A program made the position numbers and the translations under genes. Below the pieces are notes generated by a model that was given only the letters and a program-made list of their open reading frames with translations, had not been told where the DNA came from and made no database searches. DNA of 64,000 nt from Mobula hypostoma (taxonomy: Eukaryota), in the NCBI RefSeq assembly GCF_963921235.1, contig NC_086097.1, positions 35,776,001 through 35,840,000 of the forward strand, given 5' to 3'. Positions within the stretch are counted from its first letter, which is position 1; every line of letters begins with the position of its first letter. Below are positions 13,182 to 23,935 of the stretch, in pieces.

Positions 13182-13217
13182 AGTCGACGTTTCGGGCCGA
13201 GACCCTTCGTCAGGACT
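13182..13217 (-). ncRNA. Minimal type-I hammerhead ribozyme, intact core
   Basis: Reverse complement reads AGUC CUGACGA A GGG UCUCGG CCC GAAA CG UC GACU: stem I AGUC/GACU, stem II GGG/CCC, palindromic ACGU helix III, GUC cleavage triplet. Confidence 0.85.
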
Positions 13218-14401
13218 AACTGAAGGAAGAGCTAGTAAGAGATTTGGAAGCTGGAGGGGGAGGGGGAGATCCAAAATGGTAGGAGAAGACAGGAGGGGGA
13301 GGGATGGAGCCAAGAGCTGGACAGGTGATTGGCAAAGGGGATATGAGAGGATCATGGGACAGGAGGTCCGGGGAGAAAGACAAGGGAGGGGGGGAACCCA
13401 GAGGATGGGCAAGGGGTATAGTCAGAGGGACAGAGGGAGAAAAAGGAGAGTGAGAGAAAGAACGTGTGTATAAAAATAAATAACGGATGGGGTATGAGGG
13501 GGAGGTGGGGCATTAGCAGAAGTTAGAGAAGTTGATGTTCATGCCATCAGGTTGGAGGCTACCCAGACGGAATACAAGGTGTGGCCTTCTATATATTGGC
13601 GAGACCCGAAGCAGACTGGGAGACCGCTTTGCTGTCTCTCTGCTTTCCGCAGGGATCGCTCCTTACGCGACTCCCTTGTCCATTCGTCCCCCCCACCCCT
13701 CTCCACTGATCTCCTTCCTGGCACTTATCCTTGTAAGCGGAACAAATGCTACACATGCCCTTACACCTCCTCCCTCACCACCATTCAGAACCCCAGACAA
13801 TCCTTCCAGGTGAGGCGACACTTCACCTGTGAGTCGGCTGGGGTGATATACTGAGTCCAGTGCTCCCGATGTGGCTTTCTATATATTGGCGAGACCTGAC
13901 GCAGACTGGGAGACCGCTTTGCTGAACATCTACGCTCTGTCCGCCAGAGAAAGCAGGATCTCCCAGTGGCCACACATTTTAATTCCACATCCCATTCTGA
14001 CATGTCTATCCACGGCCTCCTCTACTGTAAAGATGAAGCCACACTCAGGTTGGAGGAACAACACCTTATATTCCATCTGGGTAGCCTCCAACCTGATGGC
14101 ATGAACATCGACTTCTCTAACTTCCGCTAATGCCTCACCTCCCCCTTGTACCCCATCTGTTATTTATTTTTATACACACATTCTTTCTCTCAGTCTGCTT
14201 TTTCTCCCTCTGTCCCTCTGACTATACCCCTTGCCCATCCTCTGGGTTCCCCCCCCTTGTCTTTCTCCCCGGACCACCTGTCCCATGATCCTCTCATATC
14301 CCTTTTGCCTATCACCTGTCCAGCTCTTGGCTCCATCCCTCCCCCTCCTGTTGGATCTCCCCCTCCCACTTTCAAATCTCTTACTAACTCTTCCTTCAGT
14401 T

Positions 14402-14437
14402 AGTCCTGACGAAGGGTCTCGGCCTGAAACGTCAACT
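14402..14437 (+). ncRNA. Minimal type-I hammerhead ribozyme (one stem I mismatch)
   Basis: AGTC CTGACGA AGGGTCTCGGCCT GAAA CGTC AACT. Confidence 0.75.
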
Positions 14438-14535
14438 GTACCTCTTCCTAGAGTTGCTGCCTGGCCTGCTGCGTTCACCAGCAACTTTGATGTGTGTTGC
14501 TTGAACTTCCAGCATCTGCAGAATTCCTGTTGTTC

Positions 14536-14758
14536 GAATGTTCAGAATTAGGGATGGAGCACTCTCTGCAGAGATGAAAGGAATTTTCTTCACCACTTCA
14601 GTAGAAAGTCTTTGGATTTCTCTATCCAAGAGAATTGTGGAGGCTCAGTCAGAGTATATAGAAGACAGCAATCCATAGTTTCTTAGATAATAGTGGAAGC
14701 AAAGAATATATGGTTGGTACAGGAAAGTAGAGCTGAGGTAAAAAAAAACAGCCACAAC
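14536..14758 (+). mobile_element. Old CR1 3' end hosting the PLE and hAT insertions (resumes at 16366-16385)
   Basis: AGAGATGAAAGGAATTTTCTTCAC..GTGGAGGCTCAGTC..CAGCCACAAC|CTTATTGAATG. Confidence 0.7.
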
Positions 14759-14929
14759 CAATGTTCCCTCTAAGTTTTAGTAGTCAGTCTGCGCAAAAAT
14801 ATTATGTTGTGTATGGCACATTTTACGTAGGTTTACAAAATATTTGACATAAAACTGCATAGAACAACAACAAAATAACATACATATTTAAGTCAACAAA
14901 CAACAGGAGTGACATATTTAAGTCACTGT

Positions 14930-16007
14930 TATTTTTTCTCTCTCCTGTCTTTGGCATTTACTCATTCTTTGTAAACTCTATCTAGACTAATAGAACTTCC
15001 ATCTAATTGATAGCTTTTGATTCTCATTAACATATCGAAATGACATTCACCTAAGTCAATGGTTCCCAACCTCCGGGCCATGGACTGATACATTGCTGCA
15101 AAGAACCCAACATTTATGTGCTGGGTGGCATCTAATTAATTAGCTTGTTTATTTTGGCTTTTTTCTTAAAGATGTGCTGGGTGATTTCCGACTACCGCTG
15201 CACCCCTGCATTCTTTGCGGCAATGTATCGGTGCGCGGCCCGGAGGTTGGGGATCACTGAAACCGTTTCTCAGTTTGTTTTTGAGTTGACTCATTAGGCT
15301 AAAACCTCGCTCACAGTCCGCACTAGACGCAAGGTTCCCCCAATGTCCATCAACTGTGCAAAGTTGCAAAACTGTTCATTTTGAAGTACAAATGCCAGCA
15401 TTTGAGCAAGGTTTGAAATTGGTTTGGATTTAATTTTTTCTTGCACGGAAAATTTGAAATCATTAAACTGTCTAACTATTACAATATTTTCAGCTAGAAA
15501 ATCATGATATTTCAGCCATAAGGCATTAACTTGTTCATCACCAAATATGAAGTCACAATCTGCAATTGTGGAAAAATCAAAAGCTGGCCATTCTTGTACT
15601 TCAACTTACACCTCCTCTGGGTTTGATCGTTTTTGCTCTCGCTCATCTGCACTCAACCGTAACATGCGTAGTACTCCTGTAACGGGTAATGACGGGTTCT
15701 GTCACCTGAGCTTTTGTATACAGTCCAAATGCGATTTACTTGCCAAATGACGCTTCAAAAAGTCAAGTTTCCAAATATCATCCCACTTCTTTCCACTAGC
15801 AAATTTTCCAGCAACTTCCACATCATGACAATACAAACAGATAACTCCAGTTTCCGAATCATACATAAATATTTCTCGTAGCTGAACATTCATGACCTCA
15901 TGAGCTTTCGGTGTAGCGGTTTCTACTATTTTGTTAAGCCATTCAACTTTAAACAAATTTGCAGTTCTTTTGCGCTTCACGCCCTTCACTTCTTTTGAAT
16001 TTGACAT
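14930..16007 (-). pseudogene. hAT transposase remnant lacking the catalytic core
   Basis: ORF 15702-16007 (Zn finger) joined near 15606 to the C-terminal part (EVQEWPAFDF..CERGFS..DMLMRIK); stops and a frameshift. Confidence 0.8.
15057..15259. mobile_element. hAT (Charlie-like) MITE nested in the transposase remnant
   Basis: Long imperfect TIRs CAATGGTTCCCAACCTCCGGGCC..GATACATTGC / GCAATGTATC..GGCCCGGAGGTTGGGGATCACTG; no clean TSD. Confidence 0.85.
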
Positions 16008-17144
16008 AGTGAATCAATATCTTTTCCCAATAGAAACTTAGTAAGCTATCTACAGGATTTGAAACAGATCTTTGTAAACTTTACGATATGAACACTGCCC
16101 GCCAAACATAGCTGCCTCGGTGATGCAGCTGTACAAACCCGAACAGGAAAGGTGAGGTGACGTAAATTAGTGACGTGCATTGTGGTATTTGAAAAACTGA
16201 CTAACTAGTTAACAGAAACAGTTAGCTAAAAGATTATTTTCAATGTATAATTATTAATTACTACATTATTTTCGGTAACTAACCTTTTGTGCGCACACTA
16301 ATTTCCTTTGTGCGCTGGTTGAAAAACGTGTGTGCACACACGCCAACAGCTTAGAGGAAACTATGGCCACAACCTTATTGAATGACCCATTTCGCTTCTG
16401 CGTTATAACAGCAAGACCTGTATAGCTTTGTTGATTTCTGGTAGAAGTACACCTTCAAAGAATGAATGTATTTTCTGCTGATCTCTTCAAGAGCTTCACA
16501 TTCCACATCACTTTCTCTGCCATTCCACTCGGACTTGCAGGTGGCTATTTTGCACACAGTTACTGCTGTTGCCTTTCTATGTTGGCAAAGTTTGAAGGAG
16601 GTTTGGCAACTTGTTGAAATGGACTTTGAAGGTGCTACATGGCATCTCTAGTGACAGATAGTGTGAGTATTTAAAGCTGCACGACAAAACACTCAAACTA
16701 GCTGCTTTTCCTCAGAGGGTGTTGTGCTTTGAATGATTTATCTCACAGATTTTACAAAATTATGAGGGCAGACATAGGATAAAAGGAGCCCTTTTCTTAG
16801 TGGCAGAATCTAAAACTAGAAAGCATACCTTTACGGCGAAAGCAGAGAAGTTAAAAGGACTGCTGAGGGGCAAGTTTTTCCCTGCAGAGAATGATGGTTG
16901 AATGGAAAAAGTAGCTAGAGGGGATGTGGTAGAAACAGCTACCAGCAAATAACAGGTTTGTGAAACACAAAGGTCAGAGTTTAATTTCTCTTGAAGGTGA
17001 AATCACGCTATCACTTTCCTTGGGCAAGGATGTCTCAATTTTGTAATTTTGTTTTGGTAACTGCAGATTCACCACGAGGATTTACAGTGGGTGGCATATT
17101 CTAGGCCTGGAGTGATTCGCCACGTTGGAGCCCTAGTCTTAATG

Positions 17145-17611
17145 TAGACATCCCACCCTGCAAAAACTCATTTCAGGGAGGTAGCACCATCAATTTGCAG
17201 GAGACTCCCGGACTTCCAGGAGAGATGGGATGTCTGCAATAGAGCAGCTCCTTAGCAGCTAGCCAGCTAGTTTAAATAATGTTAGCTATGCTAATGAACG
17301 AATGACACCTGTTAAACTCACCTCAACATGTCTTTTACAGTCTTAACCCACTATGGGCAATAGAAAGTCACTGTTGTAAACAGTGCAGCGAGCAACACTG
17401 TCATTATTTTTGACCCCTATTAGGCAGGGGTACATTTTAGTGACATACATTTTATATTTTCTTTTTTTGGAACACTCTGCCATGGCGCTCTCTCTCTCGC
17501 TCTCTCTTGATTTCCAGGATATTACAAACGTATATATAATTTGTGGGCATCAGGGAGCCACTATCAATATGCGGGAGACTCCTGGAACTTCCAGGACAAG
17601 TGGGATGTCTG
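17145..17611. mobile_element. Non-autonomous DNA transposon, 12-bp TIR, 6-bp TSD, duplicated right end
   Basis: TAGACATCCCAC / GTGGGATGTCTG; TTAATG at 17139-17144 and 17612-17617. Confidence 0.8.
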
Positions 17612-17649
17612 TTAATGCAAGGTACGATCACACTGTTTAGACAACGCTG

Positions 17650-18083
17650 GCCCAGACAGACTGGAAAGGCAGGGTGTCAAGAATCGGGCTGATTTCCCTT
17701 GCTCTCCCTCGATGCTTACTCCTCTCTGCACGATGCTGAGGCTGTGAGACTGCCCCCGGTGGCTGCTTTGCTCTGTGTCTGCAAGCTTTGCAGCGATTTG
17801 CCCCGCTAATATGACGAACTGATAACAAGGCTATTCCAGGCTGCTCTGGGGATTTGATTCAAGGACACAATTTGGTTCGGAATGCTGTTAATGTTGCTAG
17901 CTTCAATTATTCACACAATTTGTGTTTTTTTCCCTCTTTCTCTGCACATTGGGGTTTGGTCTCTATTTTGTTTTAATTGGGTTCTTTTGGGTGTCTTGCC
18001 ATGTAGCTGCCTGTAAGCAGACAAATCTCAAGGTTATATAATTTAGGCATCCTTTGATAATAAATGTACACTGAATCGTTGAA
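17650..18083 (+). mobile_element. Non-coding retroelement with a Rex1-like 3' tail
   Basis: Tail AATCTCAAGGTT..CTTTGATAATAAATGTAC..TGAA resembles the LINE tail at 20275-20340. Confidence 0.5.
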
Positions 18084-19014
18084 TGCTTAGTGCTCCAAAA
18101 ATATGTTCCAGGCAATTTGAAGGCATTTGTCCTTAATTTTCTCAAAGTAGACTTCGGACTCTTAAACATACCAAACAAGATTATATCTATTAAAGTGACT
18201 TGTAGAACCTGTGATGGGAGTGAGAAGATACAACAAATACAAGTAATTGCTTGCAACTAGTTAGTAAGCCATTTTTGTTTTTCCCCCAGAAAGAATAGTA
18301 AATGTCAAAAATTCTCAGCAGGTCAAGCAGCATTTGTAGAGATTGAGAAAAAGTTAATACTTCATGTTGATGGTCTTACTGTTTTAGTAAGTCTCATTAC
18401 AACTCATTAAGGGAGCTACAGCACCCTCTTGCTTCTATTGCACTGAAAACATTTTATATCAATGCCTCTGCTTCAGTGTTTCTCTCTGCTGACATTTGCA
18501 TGACTTCTGCATTCCTCAAATTAGGAACATTAGTTCCCATTTGCTCAGATTGCTAGACCAGAATCAGAAATCTTTGTTACTTGTTCAGGTTACACTCCAA
18601 GTATAAGATAAAAATTTATTAATCATCATAAACTCCAAAAGTCACAGCGGGTTAACAGCCCATCTGCACTTGACTGAGACAGCATTTGCTTAACAGGCAC
18701 CTTCAGATGTTTCATGTTTCCATAGTTTCAAACGTGAGATGACTTGCAATAATAAACAAACCAGGCAACCTCAAAGCTCAGGCTCAGCTGGAGTCGAAAT
18801 TGTCTCTCTTGCTGCCAATTATATTTCCTTGAGCCACAAGTCCTTCATCTTCAGAATGTTAAACTGCTGCTATCAAAACAATTACATAGTCAGTGGCAAA
18901 GGAAAGGGGCAGCAGATACAGTGATGTTGGAGTGGTTAAGTCACCAACTAATAAGACTAAGATCATGAGCTCAAATCTTACCATGGCGGATGTGGAATTT
19001 AAATCCATACGAGG

Positions 19015-20340
19015 ATAGCATCTCCCCCAGAGTCACCATCAGGACAGGGGCACCACAAAGCTGTGTGCTTGGCACCCTGTTCTACTCACTTTACACTCAT
19101 CGGTGTGAGGCTAAGTACAGCTCCAATGCCATACTTAAATTTGCTGATAACATGCAATCGGCTGAATCAAAGGTGGTGATGAATCAGCATAGAGGAGAGA
19201 GAATGAAAATGGTGCCACAGCTCAATGTTAGCAAAACTAACCAGCTGATTATTGACTATAGGCATCCGTTAGTCTCATGAGACCATGGATTTGCGCCTTG
19301 GAAGGTTTCCAGGGCGCAGGCCTGGGCAAGGTTGTATGGAAGACCAACAGTTGCCCATGCTGCAAGTCTCCCCTCTCCACGCCACTGATGTTGTCCAAGG
19401 GAAGGGCATTAGGACCGATACAGCTTGGCACCGGTGTCGTCGCAGAGCAATGTGTGGTTAAGTGCCTTGCTCAAGGGCACACACGCTGCCTCAGCTAAGG
19501 CTCGAACTAGCAACCTTCAAATCAGCAGACGAACGCCTTAACCACTTGGAGGAAACTGGAAGTCCATGAGCCAGTCTTCATCAGAGGATCAGAGGTGGAG
19601 AGGGTCAGTAACTTTAAATTTCCTGTCACCATCATTTCAGAGGATCTGTTCTGGGACCAGCACATAAATGCAATTATAAAGAAGACATGGTAGTGCCTCT
19701 GTTTTCTTTGAAATTTGTGCAAACTTCTATAGCTGCAAAGTAAAGGGTGTCCTGGCTGGTTGCATCATGGCCTGGTATGGAAACACCACTGTCCAAGAAT
19801 GGAAAAGCCCACAAAAAGCAGATGGATACAGCTGAATCCATCATGGGTAAAGCCCTCCCCACTACTGAGCACATTTGTAAGGAGCACTGCCACAACAAAG
19901 GAGCATCCATCACCAAGGATCTCCACCACCCAGGCCATGCACTCTTCTCACTACTGCCATTGGGCAAGAGGTAAAGAGCCGGAGGTCCCACACCACACCA
20001 CACCCAGATTCAGAAACAGTTATTACCCTTGATCCATCAGGCTCCTGAGCTAGTGCGGAAAACATCACTCACTGGAACACTGATCAGACTCCACAACCTG
20101 TGGGTGCACTCTCAAGGACTCTACAAATCATCTTCTTGGTATTATTATATTTATTACTTTTCATGCTTGCATAGTTTGTCTTCTTTTGAACACTGGTTGC
20201 TTGTCAGTCTTTGTGTGTAGTTTTTCCATTGATGCTATTGCATTTCCTTGTTCTACTTTGAGAGCCTGAAGGAAATTAAATCTCATGGTAGCATATAGTG
20301 ACAAATACGTACTTTGATAATAAAATTTACTTTGAACTTG
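19015..20340 (+). mobile_element. Rex1/Babar-like LINE RT to 3' tail, interrupted by a SINE
   Basis: TGAPQSCVLG.LFYSLYTH, KFADN, LNVSKT, HHPGHALFSLLP. Confidence 0.85.
19259..19549 (-). mobile_element. tRNA-derived SINE, same family as 9116-9409, 5' head clipped
   Basis: Near-identical body; B-box-like GTTCGAGCC. Confidence 0.85.
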
Positions 20341-21834
20341 TGACTCTTTTCAGCTCTTTCCAGACTTTTTTCAGATGTGCTTCAGCACAGAACACCCTGT
20401 CTTTCTATCATCAGAACTGTGGGACTTGGATAAGGGTGAATCAAATCTTAGAAACTGTTAAAATGATTTGACCATGTTTTTCTCTTCATGTTAAGGATTC
20501 CCTTGAGTTTTCAACAAAGATAGTTCTACAATAATGGATGCCGTTCAGAGCTTTCATTCAGGTGATACGTATTCAGTACCAGAGTTAAACCCCCTGATCC
20601 CTGCCAACTCATCATGCACTGTCACAAATCTGAATAGGGGACTTCACTGAATCACACCTGGAAACAAGGTATGACTGCTCGATTCAGGGGTGTAAGATAG
20701 TTCTTTCTTCAGTAAATCAGTTCTTTCTTGCGGCACATGAGCACATTCCAATGCCTCAGAGTGGACGCAACATCAGTGCCTTTCTTGGATTTGGTTAGGA
20801 TTGCATTGTTCCTCCATTTTGAGGAGAGTGTCAAGTTATCTCCATTTGTTGAATGCAATGGTTACTTGAGCTGAGTGAGATGTATCTAAATGATTGTGAA
20901 TGGATCTGATGTGCAAAATATTTATATATGAAACATCTAAAATTCAATCCCTAATATTCTAGCGCACAGAGAAGAAAAACAAGCACCATTGCAGTGATAA
21001 CATTACTGCAATCATACTGACCTTTATATCTGAATTCGATTTCGTTTCTCTACACTTGGGTAAGAATCATTACTGTTATATCAACCTCACAGTACAACTT
21101 TAAACAGTGCATTAATAATAAATCAACGTCCAGAGTACAGATCCATTCCGACTCACTTTAGCCTCCAACTAGATGTAAAAGTAGAATACTGCAGATGCTA
21201 GAAATCAGAAATAAAAATAGAAAATGCTGGAAATACATAGCAAGTCGGGCAGCATTTGTGGACGGGGGTAAAAAGTGTTAGTACTTCAGGTCAAAGCCTT
21301 TCATGTGAAGACTGGTAGAGGCTTGAGATAAAAGTTTGAGTTAAAGATTGTAGAGAAAGGGAAGGTATGTGGTGGATGGACAATGGTGTGGTGTGTTTGG
21401 AGCCACGAAAGCTGCTGGGTAACAGAAGATTGGTCTGGGGAAGGAGGGAATAGAAGACAAATTAAATCTTAAATTACCAGAACAGGAGAGGAAAAACAAT
21501 AAAAGTGAGAAAGAAGGCAATGACATGAAACTGTTGGATTTAATGTTGAGCCCTGCAGGCTATCATTAGATGAGGTTAAAATGGACATCAGTGGAACAGC
21601 ATAGGCCAAAGGCAAAAGGCAAAGTGGGATCGGGATCAGAGAATGTAAGTGACTTACAAAGAGCAGCAGCATTGAGTAAAATGATTTTTCACTCTGCATT
21701 TGGTTTCCCCAACACAAAAAAGATCATGTCACAGGCACTGAGTGCAATACAGTTGGTGTTGTTGGAGCACAGAAGCGTGATGAGTCAGCTTTCGTTTTCT
21801 TAACATATAATGAACAGAAGTGACAACATTTCTA

Positions 21835-22239
21835 CTCTCCGTGACCACTTTATTAGGGTGCATCCTGTTTGAACCAGCCTCACCATTCTCCTCAGACCTC
21901 TCTCACTAACAAAGCATTTTTGGTCACAGAACTGCTGCTCACTAGATGTTTTTGTTTTTTGCACCATTCTTGGTAAACTCTAGAGAAGGTTGTGCATGAA
22001 AATTCCAGCAGACCTGCAATCTGAGATACTCAAACCACCCCAACTGGCACAAGTAATCATTCCACAGTCATAATCACTTAGATCACGTTTTTTCCCTCAT
22101 TCTGATGTTTGGTCTGCACAGCAATTAAACTTCTTGACCATTTCTGCATGCATTGAGTTGCTGCCACATGATGGGCTGATTAGATATTTGCAGTAACAAG
22201 CTGGAGTTCAGGTGTACTTAAGAGAGTGGCTTCTGAGTG
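21835..22239. mobile_element. Tc1/mariner non-autonomous element, decayed
   Basis: TA|CTCTCCGTGACCACTTTATTAGG ... AGAGTGGCTTCTGAGTG; body homologous to 48730-49047. Confidence 0.75.
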
Positions 22240-22434
22240 GAAAGGAAAAATCAAACAAAAACTGCAGATCTAAAACAAAGCTTCAGTTCTGTGAAAGGGT
22301 CTCTAACCTAAAATGTAATGTCTATTTCTCTTCCCACAGAACAATATTTCCAACTTTTTCTATTTTTGCCTGAGGAATGTTGTTTGTTTATCCTTATGGG
22401 TTACAAGTGACTAAGCTAATTGAGCTACATTGAA

Positions 22435-23254
22435 TTTAAAAACGCAAACACGAGGAATCCTGCAGATGCTGGAAGTTCAAGCAACACACATCAAAGTTGC
22501 TGGTGAACGCAGCAGGCCAGGCAGCATCTCTAGGAAGAGGTACAGTCCACGTTTCGGGCCCAGACTCTTCGTCAGGACTAACTGAAAGAAGAGCTAGTAA
22601 GAGCTTTGGAAGTGGTAGGGGGAGGGGGAGATCCAAAATGATTGAGTCAGAGTCAAAATGTGGTTAAAAAGTCGAAGAGCTGAAGAAATACCACACATTT
22701 TAATTCCACGTCCCATTCCCATTCTGATATGTCTATCCACGCCCTCCTCAACTGCAAAGATGAAGCCACACTCAGGTTGGAGGAACAACACCTTATATTC
22801 CGTCTGGGTAGCCTCCAACCTAATGGCATGAACACTGACTTCTCAAACTTCCACTAATGCCCCACCTCCCACTCGTACCCCATCCGTTATTTATTTATAT
22901 ACACATTCTTTTTCTCTCTCTCTCCTTTTTCCTCTCTCTGGCCCTCTCACTATACCCCTTGCCCATCCTCTGGGTTTTCCCCCCCTCCCCCCTCTCCTTC
23001 TCCCTGGGCCTCCTGTCCCATGATCCTCTCATATCCCTTTTGCCAATCAATTGTCCAGCTCTTGGCTCCATCCCTCCTCCTCCTGTCTTCTCCTATCATT
23101 TCGGATCTCCCCCTGCCCCTCCCACTTTCAAATCTCTTACTCGCTCTTTCAGTTAGTCCTGACGAAGGGTCTCAGCCCGAAACTTCGACTGTACCTCTTC
23201 CTAGAGATGCTGCCTGGCCTGCTGCGTTCACCAGCAACTTTGGATGTGTGTTGC
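22435..23254 (-). mobile_element. Fold-back Neptune-type PLE with two opposed hammerheads, 15-bp TSD
   Basis: TTGAGCTACATTGAA at 22420-22434 and 23255-23269; hammerheads at 22544-22579 (minus, cleavage-site C to G) and 23155-23190 (plus). Confidence 0.92.
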
Positions 23255-23559
23255 TTGAGCTACATTGAACCTCATCACCATTCCTCTGGGATCTGTGGAA
23301 ATGAAGCCCAGGAGTAAAAATTTCCCACTTCTGGGGAACTAGGTCATCTGCTTTCCACCTGAGCGGCCTGCAGAGTTAGTTCCCATTGAAGTGCTAAAAA
23401 TGAAATCACATCTTGCTGATGTGAATAACAAGGAAAGCAAAAAAAAAAAAAAAATTAGAGGATGAACATGAAACAGGTGAAGGTTTCCACGGTCACGATC
23501 TCAGAGGGACTAATCCCTCTAGTTGCTAGGTAAACAATTGTAATGTAGCTTGTAAATCC

Positions 23560-23935
23560 ACAGTGCTGAAGGTCCATTCACTCCAATATCAGTGCACAGT
23601 GACTGCACTGTGTACCCTCCGCAAAGTATGCTTCAGTTATACATTTAAACTACTCGGATGGCAGCCCAGCTTCCCACGACCTCTGTCACCAAGAAGGACA
23701 AGGGTCTGTCACAGGGGAGGACCACCACCAGCACATTCTCTTCCGAGTCGTGATTCCTACTGACTTGGAAATCTATCACCCATCCTTAACATTGCTCAGT
23801 CTAAATCCTGGAAGTCATCCAGCAGCACTAGTGAGTGCCCGTTTACCAGAAGGGCTTCAGCCATTCGAAGTGGAGCTTAATAAAATGTTCTGAAAAGCAG
23901 TTAGGGATGCCAATAAATGTTGGTCTTGACTACGA
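23560..23935 (+). mobile_element. Ancient CR1/L2-like LINE 3' end
   Basis: TGACTTGGAAAT..AAATCCTGGAA..GCAGTTAGGGATGCCAATAAATG pattern; recognised by eye. Confidence 0.5.

Larger units (their letters stand above)
13122..14535 (+). mobile_element. Neptune-type PLE with 5' inverted terminal repeat (fold-back), 11-bp TSD
   Basis: TSD GAATGTTCAGA at 13111-13121 and 14536-14546; 13122-13580 is the reverse complement of about 14060-14500; PCKRNKCYTC linker and GVIY..YIGET. Confidence 0.95.
14759..16365 (-). mobile_element. Internally deleted hAT DNA transposon (Tip100/ZNF862-like transposase), 8-bp TSD
   Basis: TIRs CAATGTTCCCTCTAAG / CTTAGAGGAAACTATG; TSD GCCACAAC at 14751-14758 and 16366-16373; N-terminal Zn finger (F..EW..CLYC..H....SH) and C-terminal ASSADCERGFSLM..KNKLRN dimerisation motif. 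Confidence 0.92.

Noticed and set aside
15049..15267. 8-bp TSD for the nested MITE
   Set aside because: Flanks ACCTAAGT and AAACCGTT do not match
15702..16007. Host ZNF862-like zinc-finger gene
   Set aside because: Lies between TIRs with an 8-bp TSD and is followed by stops and a deletion
23522..23537. RFX/FOX-like motif GTTGCTAGGTAAACA
   Set aside because: A single short motif with no supporting evidence
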